Below, piece after piece: positions 28,444 to 40,265 of a stretch of 64,000 nt of DNA. The position numbers were made by a program, and so were the translations under genes. The stretch is from Schizochytrium sp. TIO01. Lineage: Eukaryota > Protista > Bigyra: Labyrinthulomycetes. Each line of letters begins with the position of its first letter. The stretch's first letter is position 1. Below the pieces are notes generated by a model. That model made no database searches, had not been told where the DNA came from, and saw nothing but the letters and a program-made list of their open reading frames with translations. Location of the stretch: the NCBI GenBank assembly GCA_004764695.1, contig SMSO01000034.1:1-64000 (forward strand). Direction: 5' to 3'.

Positions 28444-29682
28444 TCATTTTGATTGATTACATTGATACAATAAGGTTTGTGCAGCATGAAATCTTTCAAT
28501 GTTGTTGGAGGCTATAGGAACAAGCTGGTGCCCATACGCCAACGCAATGATCCTTTCAGCGCAAGCGCTTCGACTTATCTCATTGTCCAAAAGTATCCGC
28601 TGTGATATACGGAGCCACTGACGGGATGATTCACGATGGAGGTTTATCACCTCTGCGATTGTATATTTCCCAAGTTTGCCTTCATTCGGCCATCCAGCCT
28701 TTCGTTGCAGTGCTTTATTTCGAAAAATCACAGCTAACATATTCAAGGAAGCATCTGAAACAACTTGCCCGAGTAACTCTGTTGAAACGCCCTCCACGAC
28801 GGCTTCCCCACAAAGTTCAAGCAAAATTCGAACACTCTCTGTACTGCCTTTGAGGGCACCTTTTATGAAACAAATGGCATGGTTATTGAGGGATGCTGTT
28901 TGTAAATAAGGTTGAACCTTTGATGCATATTGCAAGAGTTCCTTTACACAATCGGCCCTATTCTTTTCCATGCCAGCTAGGAGCGCTTCTTCGCCATTTT
29001 GGCTCATTACTAATGGCGACGTATCTAAGAGTTTACGCACCATGTCACAGTGCCCTTCTTCGGAAGCCCATCTAAGAGCTGAGGGTTCTAAACTAAAAGA
29101 GCACACTCTTGGATCTTTCAAAAGGATTTCTACAACATGCACATGACCCATCTTCGCAGCAATGCGGAGTGCGTACGAATCATCTGCAAATGGTTGTACT
29201 CTTGGGTCCGCCATGAGTCTACTAACCACAGCTGCATGACCTCCTTTCGCTGCAAGTCCAATTGCCGCTGAGTTTTCTGCGCTAGGATCTACACTGCGAG
29301 ACCACGCCAACAAAAACTCTAAGCATTCAAGGTGGCCGTTCATCGCGCTTGCTATCAATGCCCAATTATACAAATCGCTGGGATCAGACCGAACATCCTC
29401 TCGCAAGACCTTCAACACCTCCAAGTGGCCCATTTCCGACGCGTCACGAAGAGCTTTGTTTCGCATTGCACTTGGGTCTACTTCAGGCCTACCCAAGAGC
29501 CATCTCACCACCTCCGCGTGCCCATTCTGTGCAGCGATCTGGAGACACCTCTGATGGCCGAAACTCGCGTCTAGTTCTCGCAAAGCCTCCTCGAGATCTC
29601 CTAACTGGCCTTTTGCACAAGCAACCTCTGCCTTTGACTCACTTTGCTGGGAGTCGGCAACACCTGTGAGAGGCGCAAGCAT
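28444..29682 (-). CDS. Ankyrin-repeat protein (412 aa)
   Basis: Repeated AL..AA.NGH.EVV..LL.D.RVDPS motifs. Confidence 0.9.
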   Translation of the reverse strand: MLAPLTGVADSQQSESKAEVACAKGQLGDLEEALRELDASFGHQRCLQIAAQNGHAEVVRWLLGRPEVDPSAMRNKALRDASEMGHLEVLKVLREDVRSDPSDLYNWALIASAMNGHLECLEFLLAWSRSVDPSAENSAAIGLAAKGGHAAVVSRLMADPRVQPFADDSYALRIAAKMGHVHVVEILLKDPRVCSFSLEPSALRWASEEGHCDMVRKLLDTSPLVMSQNGEEALLAGMEKNRADCVKELLQYASKVQPYLQTASLNNHAICFIKGALKGSTESVRILLELCGEAVVEGVSTELLGQVVSDASLNMLAVIFRNKALQRKAGWPNEGKLGKYTIAEVINLHRESSRQWLRISQRILLDNEISRSACAERIIALAYGHQLVPIASNNIERFHAAQTLLYQCNQSK

Positions 29683-29954
29683 TGTCTCTTCAAAAAGACA
29701 ATGTGCGAACCGTCAGGATTTGCAATACCTTTCCTTCATGTGTCTGCGAAGAAAAGTCGTAATGGCTTGAGTTAAAAAAAGTTTTTAACCTATTGCCTCA
29801 CTGAGAGTGTTCTTACCGAGTCGAAAGATATATTCATGAGAACAGCCCACAATAGTAGCTACCCAAATTATTAACCTGCTAGTTTACTGTTCTTTTTCCT
29901 TACAAGAGAGGTGAGAAGAAAAAAAAAAATCAGAGAAAGGATAAAAATAATCGT

Positions 29955-30026
29955 TACAGATGACGAGGATCGAACTCGTGACCTTCCGCGTGTCAGGCGG
30001 ACGCTCTACCACTGAGCTACACCTGC
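29955..30026 (-). tRNA. tRNA-Val(GAC)
   Basis: GCAGGTGTAGCTCAGTGGTAGAGCG-TCCGC-CTGACAC-GCGGA-AGGTCACGAGTTCGATCCTCGTCATCTGTA; T-run downstream. Confidence 0.92.
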
Positions 30027-30641
30027 AAACCGAGGAGAGCTCCTTAGCTGCTGGATGTGACGAGAAGGAGCTGTGTATTATATATTTATACTAGCTCAGG
30101 TGCGGCCACTTTCATTAGTCAGAGGCTGCTTCTGGAGTTGACAATAAAACTCACTCAAGTCACAGTAAGAATTGAAGGAGGATGCAAGACAAAAGAAGAA
30201 AGGATGTATTGTTTTTAGTGTATTCGGATTTATTTTTTAAGTTTCTAGCTGCATACCTACGTAGTAGACTAGTACTATCAGTGACATGAACAGATTCACT
30301 TCAATCTTTCACAGTCGCATACGTGTCATGTTATGCCGGATGGTACATTACGAACATGCATAAACCTTGACATACCAAAGTTCCGCTAGACCGCTTTATT
30401 CGATTCAATTACAGAGTTGCAGATGCATAGCTGACTTTCTCAATCATGTAAGCAGTGCTCCTGTGCAGAATTACTCAGGAATGCCTTCCAGCGAGAACCA
30501 AATCATTGAATAGAGACTTTCGAAGTCAGACGGCAGTATGCACACGTCATAAATCAGACAAGTTCTATTCGCTGGCAAAGAAAACACAATATCGTCATAG
30601 CTGACTTGCTTACGAATGTTGGTCTTACGCAGAGTCGCCCC

Positions 30642-32300
30642 TCACAACTCGCTTTCCATATCATACTGTCTAACCCGGTCAAGGCCAAGAGTACGATCAG
30701 CAGGTCTGCACGTGTACACCTGCCGAGTTTGCTTGAGGTTGCGAGCCATAAACTCATGAATCGTACCATAGCCTTCGATCGGGTTGCCACCCTTCTCGTA
30801 AGCAAACACCTTTCGGAGATCCTCGAGTCTGAGGCCACGAGTTTCAGGTTGAAAGAGTGTAACGACAGGGTATGCAATGATAAGATTGAGAGCAGCAACC
30901 ACGAAGCAAGCGACTTGAAGGCTGGTGCCAGTGTAAATACGGACGTATCCAACATCACCAAGAAGGATATTGGATAAAAAGTTAAGTGAAACGCATACAG
31001 ACATTCCAATACCACGTACACGAAGAGAGAATACCTCGGCAGGGACGATCCACCCAAGGGGACCCCAGGTTGTTGCATACACAGCTTGAAAGATGAAAAT
31101 GATGATAACGGAGAAGAGTTGCACACCATAGGTGATCCCAGAAGCACCACTAGTGTTCACATCAACGCCGGTGGCCGAAATCACAAGTGCAATCAAAAAG
31201 AAGGATGCGATTGTTAAAGTTGTGCCCCATACTGCGAGAGGTTTGCGCCCGACATGATCGATAAGAGGAATAGCAATGAGTGTAGCACCAACATTGATAC
31301 CTTTAAGTATTAAGTCATACTCGAAAGCATCAAATCCAAGGGATTCAAAAAGTGCAGTAGCGTAGTTAATAAACCAGTTGATTCCAGTAACATCCTGGGA
31401 AAAGGCAATTCCACCAGCACAAAGGAGGCACACAAGATTTTCACCTTGAAAGAGCTCAAAGATGCTACCTTCACCAGATCGCTCTTTAAGCTGAAGCGCA
31501 TCCTTGATTTCTTCCATCTCAGAGGTGACGATCACGTCGTTCTGGCTCATTCCATGAGCAAGACGGTGAAGCGCCTCCTTAGCCTCTTCATCCCTTCCGG
31601 CTTTGATGAGGTACCGAGGGCTTTCTGGAAAGATGAACATCATTAAGAAAATGGTAAGTACGCATGGGAAAATTTGTATCGCAATTCCGAGACGCCATGC
31701 CCAGCTTACAGTCATAAATTCGTTATAAAGAGCCATAACAAATATACCAATGGTGATAGAGAGCTGGAAAATTGTAATGGACCTACCACGCCACTTTGCA
31801 GGCATAAGTTCGGCGGTGTACACAGGAACGGTGGTAAGCATGAAGCCAAGACCAATGCCACCGATTGCTCGACCAATCATGACAGACTTCCAAGCAAAGC
31901 TAACTGAGATTAAACCAGCAAGGCACTGCCACAGAGAACCAACTATGAAGATGAAAGAAGCAATCCAAATAACCGGTTTACGACCAATGCGATCAGACAT
32001 GTAGCCACCAAATGGAGCACCAATGAAACAAGTGGCGTGAAAGATGTAAGCAAATTCGTTAATTTGAGCTGTAGTAGATGCAGCACCTTTGTCTCCAGAG
32101 GTAAGGGTGGGGATACCCATAGTTTCACGGAAAGAGTCCATCGAGGTAACAGCACCAGTGCCAATGTCAAGTCCGAAGATGAGACCGCCTAGAACAGCAA
32201 CCAAAAGAAGCATTACAGTGTATGCATTCAGGCCACGGTGAGGACGAGTTTCTTCTACATCTTCGAGAGCGGCCAAACCTATCGCCTCGATTTTGGACAT
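30642..32300 (-). CDS. MFS sugar porter (hexose transporter family), 552 aa
   Basis: GGLIFGLDIG, SDRIGRK, GRAIGGIG, PVYTAEL.P..RG, PESPRYL, DHVGRK, WGPLGWIVPAEVF and PETRG motifs; about 12 hydrophobic segments. Confidence 0.95.
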   Translation of the reverse strand: MSKIEAIGLAALEDVEETRPHRGLNAYTVMLLLVAVLGGLIFGLDIGTGAVTSMDSFRETMGIPTLTSGDKGAASTTAQINEFAYIFHATCFIGAPFGGYMSDRIGRKPVIWIASFIFIVGSLWQCLAGLISVSFAWKSVMIGRAIGGIGLGFMLTTVPVYTAELMPAKWRGRSITIFQLSITIGIFVMALYNEFMTVSWAWRLGIAIQIFPCVLTIFLMMFIFPESPRYLIKAGRDEEAKEALHRLAHGMSQNDVIVTSEMEEIKDALQLKERSGEGSIFELFQGENLVCLLCAGGIAFSQDVTGINWFINYATALFESLGFDAFEYDLILKGINVGATLIAIPLIDHVGRKPLAVWGTTLTIASFFLIALVISATGVDVNTSGASGITYGVQLFSVIIIFIFQAVYATTWGPLGWIVPAEVFSLRVRGIGMSVCVSLNFLSNILLGDVGYVRIYTGTSLQVACFVVAALNLIIAYPVVTLFQPETRGLRLEDLRKVFAYEKGGNPIEGYGTIHEFMARNLKQTRQVYTCRPADRTLGLDRVRQYDMESEL

Positions 32301-35300
32301 GAGTAGAAATGTGTAATCAAACTATTGCAGAGCGTCTAGTTTGATCTGTGTTTTTAATGCCTTGTTCTAAATGCGTTGATTTGCTTTCTCTGAGTTGAGC
32401 TTTCCCTCAAGTTTGGGATTTGCGATCGCTTTTGCTTGCCTCAAAGGAATGAAAACTGGTTGCTTATTTCAACACGTTTTGCAACTTGGTACTTTGCTTC
32501 TTCAAAGAGTTTTTTCATTTCACTATATTCATAAAGCAAAGGCCTGTATGGTTACTTGGATTATCTAAGTCGTGCGTATCCACTACATCGCAAGGTTTAA
32601 AACATTCGCTTATTTTAGTGATTACTTCAAGTAATATTTTGGGCAGAGATACAAAGGGAAATAATGATTATTTTAAAAAACAAACAAACAAACAAAAAAC
32701 ATCTCTTCAGTTCCGAGAAATAATGGCACAGACAAAAACTTTGTTCGCCGAATGGTTGTAGAAAGTTGCTGCATATTATTAATCTATTTCGGGCTGAGAC
32801 GTAATTTTTGCCTACCTATAATACAATTGGTTGTCAGTGCTTAATAGGATCCAAGCTCCTTCAGCCTACTACTAATGTTACCTACCAATCCTGCACTTCC
32901 GGCTTTTCTTTCTTCTTCCCTCCACTCGTCAAACTTGTGTATTATTATCATGTATGTATGATATTATTATATATATTATTTAAAAAATGTTTTTTCTCTT
33001 TCCAAATGCTTTACTTTCTTTATTAGTCACGGTATGATTTAAAAACTAAACAAATTATTCTTAGGCATTAGATGAGAGAGAGGCTGCGATCGAAAAAAAA
33101 AAAAAAGGTAAAAAATGTATTCCTGAGGATACTCCCACAGCGCACCGCCAATTTGATCTCGCCGGATGTACCAGAGGTTCAGTATTCTCCTCCTTCTTAC
33201 GACAAGAAGCGGGCGGATCAAAGACCAGTACACTTTCGAGGTTTGTTAGGCTGCAAATCATGTCAAGGTCGCAGCGCGTGCAGCGCCGTCCTTCAACCAT
33301 TAACACGAGCTATTCTCTGCTTCTCAAAACTGGACCCTAGAGTTGTTGTAAGGGCATCCACAGACATGAATTGAACGCGCAAAGTGGGATTTTCATAGCT
33401 ATGTCCTTCTCTTGAAAATAGATTCTGAGACACAACACGCGCAAATCGCGAGGCAATTCGACGCACAGACCACGCCTTTACAGCAGGCATTTTTTTTAGA
33501 TGGAAGCGCTGCTTTAAGAGTGTACTAATCAGCTGCGCATTTTCTAACTTGTTTACGCGCGTTTTGATGGCATGTTGATGGATATCTCTTGAACTCCTTG
33601 TCTCAGGGTCAAGCGGACACAGAGAAGGTGAAATACATCATATCCAAGACCAACAAGGTGTGCTGGCACCTGCTAGCGAACATCTCATCAATCACAGTCA
33701 AAAACCAACCGAAAAAGCGTCACTTTCACTCAATCAAAACGCCTTCCAACGCTTTAATGGTAGCACATAAACGAAGAGAAAGCATTTGACCTCTAGCTTG
33801 CAGACAAGAAAAGTCAGAGTAGATACCCTATATGTTTAATTACTAGGCTGGACCATAACACTCAGGGGCGAGCTGTCAAGCTTGCGTAATAGAGTAGAAG
33901 ACACAGAAAGTGTGAAGTGAAGTTTTTTATTTGCTTGATTAATAATGTTATTATATAACTTTATTGAGGAAATTTTCCAAGAAGTTGGATTTACTGGTTT
34001 TACAAAGGGCCTCTAGAGAAGCGCCCCGATCAAGCTAAACCAGGAATGAGAATGCCAGCTAATTTGCAGTAACATGCAGGTCCCTTGGCGAAGCTCCGTT
34101 GCCACCAAAGAATCTAATAAAAGCGATTTTCGCCTCCACTCCCTCGCTTAGAAGTAACGCATTGTGATAATTTGTAATAACATGTTAAGACTCTCTTCTG
34201 GACGCACAGTGTCTTTTCACCCTCGCTCGACATCACCCTGCATCATGTCGAGAAGTTGCTGATGGTTGGTTTGGTTTCCTTACTAATGTTTGACTTGGAA
34301 GGTAGACTGAGGTTTGGCCTATGGGAAAGAAAGCAGAATAAGACAGGCTAAGTATGCATGTTTGAGCTATATTCACAGAATCATCATGGAGCGTCGCTTA
34401 AGCATCTGAAGAAATCGTATGTAGCGGGTTAAGTGATGTTGGATACCTTATTTGACAACTCACAGAGACTCTCGTTGATCAGAACTATGTTTCAACAGGC
34501 GTTGTCGTGTAGAAAAATGAGAAAGCGAGATAGAAAAGGCAGAAGAGAGAATACGCTCGAAGATGCATTGACTAATTTTAGTGGGATCATATAGGTCGTT
34601 ATATATTGGAAAAGGGTATGTGTTTTCTTTCCTATCGTGCAAACTCGACTTCTTTGAAAAGGTGTCATGAACACTGTGTACTACGACTTCTCATTGTCCG
34701 TGTCGCAGCCCTTTAGCTGGTAGCCCAATTTCACGTGCTTGTGTTGTGTGTATGATGGGTGATTGGCAAGACAGCACCCATCTCTGCTTCTTCACCATTA
34801 ATGAGTTACCCCCTTTGGCGTCTTTGAAGAGTTCCAGTCACAGCCAGTCTGCTAAATAGAACAAACATTTAAAAAACAAAAGGATATATACTAATATGAC
34901 ATTAATATTATACTAGTGTATTAAAAAATATATAAATAAATACTACTATAAATAACACCTACATAGACCTATATGTATTCCCACCACCAGATTGACGGAC
35001 GGAGGACATTGACACTTTCAATCGCAAAGCCTGACGTGGGTTCCCGCGCTTCGTAAGTCTAATACAGCTCGAATGAGACCGAAAGCTCTTCACTTTAGGC
35101 AACTCACAAGTGATGATGGGCTGACGCGAGTCCATTGATCTTCTGCCTGCTTTTCAAATCTCCACTGGTTGGAGACAATATCAACCATCCACTTGCGAGT
35201 TTTCACTTTGCGCAATTGGTGGTCTTCAATTGTTTTGATTATTTTCTTTTAAACTGAAGATATTATCAAGAAACCCAGCTAGATCTACATTCTGGGACAG

Positions 35301-36374
35301 AAAATGGCAGTAAAAAGTCAAATATCATCCTCTCATTATATACTTTTTACATAGTTGGGAAGAAGTTTTAGACAAAAAGAATAGCGAAATGGAGCAGAAA
35401 ACAAAATAAAGATGATGATGAACAACGGAACCATTTCTTCTTGGAGGTTGCACTATCCGTAGTACCCACCAGAAGGTAAACTTGTGCGTTGTTTTGAGTA
35501 ATTGTTTTGGCTTGTGTTTTATATCCACGTTTTTTTTTTTTTTTTTTTTTAACTCAGCACCTCTGGCTAGTGAGAGTGGGTGCCTTGTAACATTTCAAGG
35601 GCATCTAACGAAGTTCGTGGCTAGAGTCTCACTCTCTTCAGAACCACGAATTAATGCCAGGAGCAATCTCCCTGCAGCTTTGTTTATTAAAAAAAACAAA
35701 AAAAAAACATAATTTTAATTTAAATTAAATCAAATCAAATAATAAAGTTATAAGAGGGGGGATGTAAATGACGCCCAAAGCGTAACTTGTTGACGTGAGC
35801 TATATAACGCAGAAAAAAAGGTGGGCGGCACAATAGCGTCCCGATCTTTTGCTCCCAGCAGTGCCATAGGATGTCAGTATTCTCGACATTTAACGATAGC
35901 TACTATCCTACAGAGAGAGTTCGTCCAACTCTACTAATTACCGAGGGTGCTTTCTTTCTTTTCTTTTTCGACCTTTCTCCCTTCTCACCCCAACCTGTAA
36001 GAGGCAGCTCTTATTAATCCTTTAGCTTCGGTAGAAACTTATCTCGTCAGAGTGACTGTTCTGGCTTGAGTTTTTACCCATGTTAACAGGTTGTGAGGAG
36101 TTTCTTCTGACTAGCGAGGCTCGAAGTTTTCGTTTACAAAACCTAGCCTTGGCAGTGTTTCATTAATAGTAGGATTGATATTACAATCAAAACCTACCAT
36201 TTGATCGCAAGCGGAACCTTGCACATTTTTACGAGTTTAGAGAGAGTTTATACAAGAATGCCAACTTAGAGATCCCAAGTCAAAGTCTGAACAATTAGTT
36301 GGATTTCACTCTATGCAAATAAGTCTCTCAATCAATGAATGATTTTCAGAGAAAGAGAATCCATCTTTTGTAAC

Positions 36375-36789
36375 TGCTGAAAGGTGATATTGATTAGCGT
36401 GAGGTTGACTGTAAAGATGAAGGTAGAAGGCTAGATGAAGGCTATAAGAAGGCTGATTTAAGAGTTAGCGAACTGCTGTCCTGAGGAATGAATTCCAGGA
36501 CAGATGGATTCATGTAGTAGTTAGGGAGATTAAGACATTCTTGAATGTGGTTAGAGATAATTGATGGGGTTAGGTTATCCAACCTTCTCCACCATCGATC
36601 CAAGCTAACCAAGCTTTGGGAGTCAGTGATGTGTAATTACACTTCTAGTTCTTGGCTTCAGCAGCCACATAAATCTGGCTGCTTATTCTTGTTCTAATGC
36701 AAACCTTATTTCTAATGGGTTTTACAAAGGGACACCAAGAACTCTAGCAATGTCTTGTCCACTAGTTCCTTCGATTGGAGATCTCAGCA
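36375..36789 (-). repeat. Copia 3' LTR
   Basis: Direct repeat of 42061-42475; preceded on the minus strand by PPT GAGGGGAG (36790-36797). Confidence 0.95.
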
Positions 36790-39700
36790 CTCCCCTCAAG
36801 TCCACAGTCTGTGCATTCAGTAGTGTGTGACTATGTCGTACATGATCGATGCGAGGCAGTGACTTGGTGAGACAATCGGAAGGGTTCAGTGTGCCGGGGA
36901 TATGTGTGATGCGAATGTCACCTGCGTTCAGCTTGATTGACAGATCAAGGTACTTCAACGATAGGTGCTTGTTTCGTGATTGCCAGCAGCCCCTCTCCAC
37001 TACATTTACTACTGCTTGAGAGTCGGTGTAAATATTAATGCAACTGATGTTGATCCCGAATTCTTCTAGTAAATGTCGGACACCCTCCGCAGCCCGACTA
37101 GCTTCGTAGATGCTAATGAGTTCTGCTTCAAAGGTGCTTTGAGCTGTAATAGTCTGTTTGGTTGATTTCCATAACACAGCACTATCATTGAGCCTTACTA
37201 CGTATCCACTTACCGATTTCATGTGTGGGTCGTTGATCTGACCAAAGCTTGCATCAGCAAATACATTAATCTTGATATCCTTCACCGAGTTCTGACCTTT
37301 TAGCACAAGACCATCATTTGTGGTTCCTCTAAGATATCTGAGGGTCTTCTTACATGCGTCCATGTGTACTGGTCCATTCTTGTGTCCGTGTCTAGATAGT
37401 TGGTGAAGTGGGTATCCAAGGTCAATTCGTGTGCAGCTGAGGTACATGAGCTTTCCCATAATTGTTCGGTAGTCTGGGTGTTGTTCATCTTTATCATGGT
37501 CAGGAAGATAGCACTTAGCCTCCATTGGTGTTTTACATGAGTTAGCTTTGTCCATCCCGTGATCCTTTAAGGTCTTTTCTATATGGACTGCCTGGGAAAT
37601 CTTGCATGTTTTTGCATCCAGGTTGAACTCATGTTTGTTACCTAAGTAGGTGGCAGTGGCTGGGTTTATCTCACACTTGACGTCATACTTTGCTTTTAGA
37701 GTGTTGATTGTTCTCTTCACTGAATTTGGAGTTCCTGTGATTAATAGGTCGTCCACATGACTGATGACAATGGCTTCGGGTCCAATAAAGCAACTTGGGT
37801 CGAACTTGCTTTTCCGAAGTCCACAACCTTCTAGGGTTTGGGCTAGGTGTTCAGCCCACCTTCGAGGACTTGTTCTCAGTCCATAGAGAGATCTAGCAAG
37901 TTTGAAGATGCATCCTTCTGGTACTTGTACACCTCTCGGTGGTCGGATGTAGATGGGTTCCTTTTCATGATCGATTTCTGCTTGTAAGAATGCAGCCGAT
38001 ACATCCAATATCGCGAATGACCAGTTCTTAGTGAGAGCAACAATAATGGCTGTTCTCAGCGATAATCTGTCCGTGGTTGGGGCGAAGACATCCCACGGAG
38101 ATGTTAGGGGTTCATTAGTCCCTTGAGCAACTAGCCTGGCCTTGGCGGTTTGCTGAAGTGTTTTGTATGTGAAAATCCATGCGGCATTGATGATAGTGCC
38201 TTTTGCTTCCTTTTTGGGTACAATGAGGAAGGTCCCACTCCTCTCAAGATTAGACCACTCTTTTCTTATCGCCTCAGTCCATATTTGACGTTCCTGGTGT
38301 GGTAACCGAAGATACTCGCTGAAATTTCGAGGCGTTACAATGGGTTTTGATTGGTGGTCGTGTTTTACTTTTGGGTCAAGTCCAACCAGTGTGGATTGAG
38401 ACTTCTTCTTCTTTGATGGACTATACATTTGGTGTATTGCAGAATGACTGTTACGGTGATCATAACTTGTCCGTTTCTGTAGTGCTTTTGTCCCATCATA
38501 GGCTTGTGATACCTGCTCCCCCGGGACAAAGGACGGGGAATGTTCAAAAGAAGATGCCTGTAAAACATGAGAAGGATAGCTATAGGTATTGGCCCTCCCC
38601 AGGGCAGCCGCGTCCGCATTCATCCATTGGGTGCGGCGGGAAATTCGTCCACTCCTGGTCCGTACCTCTGTATTGGGTACGGGCTCCTTGGGATCCTCAT
38701 CGGGATTCAACCAAGGTGGAGAGTTTGAGTCAGACTCCGCAGTGTCATGCGGAGGAATAGACATACAGTCTAGGTTGGATTCAATGTTAGTTGAGTCAGC
38801 TACATCAGAACTAGTATGTGATGAGCTCATATTCGCCGGAGAAGTTTCTCCTCTAGAGGAGAGTTCTGGCAAAGATAGATTATCGTGAGTCTCCAATAGG
38901 TCACGGGACGCTATCCCATCCTGTCGGGGCTCACCCTGACCAGCATTTGCCTGTCTTTGAGATTGGGACAGGTCATGCTCGAAATCAGGTTGTATCAAGT
39001 CCTGTAGATTTCTAACCCTGCTCGAGTGATCAGGTCGAGATGTCGACAGTATGCGACTGGGTGAATCCACGGAGACGGCATCGTTGTCACACAGCCTGTG
39101 AGAGCTGGACGCGGATCCTAAATTGGAAGAGGAGGCTACCAGTGGGTCACTTGGACCTGAGCTGGAAGCGGTCATTGAGGACAAGGAAGAGGAGTTCGAC
39201 CAGTTAAGGTCAGGCGTCGCAGGAAAATAAACGGATTTGAACCGAAGAGAAGAGTCTTTTCTCGAGTCGGAGCGTAGATGCTCCCCCATTGGTTTAGAAC
39301 CTCCTTGTTCAACGGTGCTTGGGTTGTTGGAGAACCGTGGGAAGGAGTTCAGGACCCTGTCAACAATGGAATTCTCGAAGAACCGTACATCCCGTGTAGT
39401 GATGAGATGTGTAGTGCGGTTGTTCAGGATGAGATATGTAGAGTGGTTATGAAGTCGTGCCACACCCAGAAACTTGCCACTTAAACCGCGTGGAGCGAGC
39501 TTGTTTGGTGGAGCCTGATCTTTAAACACGACGTCACAACCAAAAATATGAAGGTTGTCTAGAGACGGCGAACGACCATAGTGAGTCTCAAAAGGAGATC
39601 GTGTGGAACGCTGGGATGGAAGTCTGTTGCGAATGTAACAGGCGTATTCATACGCAAAATACCAACAGCGAGAGGGAAGTTCAGCCGCCATAAGCATGGC

Positions 39701-40186
39701 TCTGGCCATCCGAAGGAGAACCCCATTCAAGGATTCAGCTGGGTGAAGAGCATGAGCCCCGCTGGGACTAATTGAAAGACTCCATCCCCATTGTGTGCAA
39801 GTTTCCTTGAATGTGCCGCCAACGAAATAGGAAGCTCCATCAACATAGAGTCGTGCCCGTCTGGTTTCAAAACCATGCCAGTCTGCCCTCCATTGGTGAA
39901 GAGCAGTCGTGACTTGAGTGAGAGATTTTAATCCATAACATTGTGCGATGCCAGAAACCAGATCTCGAATCACTAGGGCATGCTTGTAGCCATGTATGAA
40001 TGATGATTGGAACGGGCCAACTACGTCTAATGTAGCAGCCTGTCGAGGTGTGGTTGCCCTAGACTCGTGAGGGCCGTGAGGGACAGGTCTGGTTTTGATG
40101 TTGGCTAAAGCACAGGTCGGACACGAAAAACTGTATTTTGGACGGAGAGATTTGGAGAGCACGAGCCATACGAGTGGTGTTGGCAT
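36722..40186 (-). CDS. pol: Copia pol portion: integrase, reverse transcriptase, RNase H
   Basis: CPTC zinc half-site; D-D-E (LDVVGP, VDGASYF, AESLN); KARLVAQG, LDVSAAFL, HVDDLL; FADASF, EAEL, TDSQ, DCLTK. The true N-terminus (HLRLGH) lies in the upstream gag frame. Confidence 0.93.
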   Translation of the reverse strand: MPTPLVWLVLSKSLRPKYSFSCPTCALANIKTRPVPHGPHESRATTPRQAATLDVVGPFQSSFIHGYKHALVIRDLVSGIAQCYGLKSLTQVTTALHQWRADWHGFETRRARLYVDGASYFVGGTFKETCTQWGWSLSISPSGAHALHPAESLNGVLLRMARAMLMAAELPSRCWYFAYEYACYIRNRLPSQRSTRSPFETHYGRSPSLDNLHIFGCDVVFKDQAPPNKLAPRGLSGKFLGVARLHNHSTYLILNNRTTHLITTRDVRFFENSIVDRVLNSFPRFSNNPSTVEQGGSKPMGEHLRSDSRKDSSLRFKSVYFPATPDLNWSNSSSLSSMTASSSGPSDPLVASSSNLGSASSSHRLCDNDAVSVDSPSRILSTSRPDHSSRVRNLQDLIQPDFEHDLSQSQRQANAGQGEPRQDGIASRDLLETHDNLSLPELSSRGETSPANMSSSHTSSDVADSTNIESNLDCMSIPPHDTAESDSNSPPWLNPDEDPKEPVPNTEVRTRSGRISRRTQWMNADAAALGRANTYSYPSHVLQASSFEHSPSFVPGEQVSQAYDGTKALQKRTSYDHRNSHSAIHQMYSPSKKKKSQSTLVGLDPKVKHDHQSKPIVTPRNFSEYLRLPHQERQIWTEAIRKEWSNLERSGTFLIVPKKEAKGTIINAAWIFTYKTLQQTAKARLVAQGTNEPLTSPWDVFAPTTDRLSLRTAIIVALTKNWSFAILDVSAAFLQAEIDHEKEPIYIRPPRGVQVPEGCIFKLARSLYGLRTSPRRWAEHLAQTLEGCGLRKSKFDPSCFIGPEAIVISHVDDLLITGTPNSVKRTINTLKAKYDVKCEINPATATYLGNKHEFNLDAKTCKISQAVHIEKTLKDHGMDKANSCKTPMEAKCYLPDHDKDEQHPDYRTIMGKLMYLSCTRIDLGYPLHQLSRHGHKNGPVHMDACKKTLRYLRGTTNDGLVLKGQNSVKDIKINVFADASFGQINDPHMKSVSGYVVRLNDSAVLWKSTKQTITAQSTFEAELISIYEASRAAEGVRHLLEEFGINISCINIYTDSQAVVNVVERGCWQSRNKHLSLKYLDLSIKLNAGDIRITHIPGTLNPSDCLTKSLPRIDHVRHSHTLLNAQTVDLRGVLRSPIEGTSGQDIARVLGVPL

Positions 40187-40265
40187 GGCCTAAGCGCAGG
40201 TGAGCGGCAAGCCAATCTCTCTGACGATTAGAGGAGACGGCCAACAATGCATGAGAAGGAGCTAG

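Noticed and set aside
35810-35900. Possible small Pol III RNA on the minus strand (GGCAC/GTGCC stem, T7 run)
   Set aside because: No B-box or recognisable family; too little evidence
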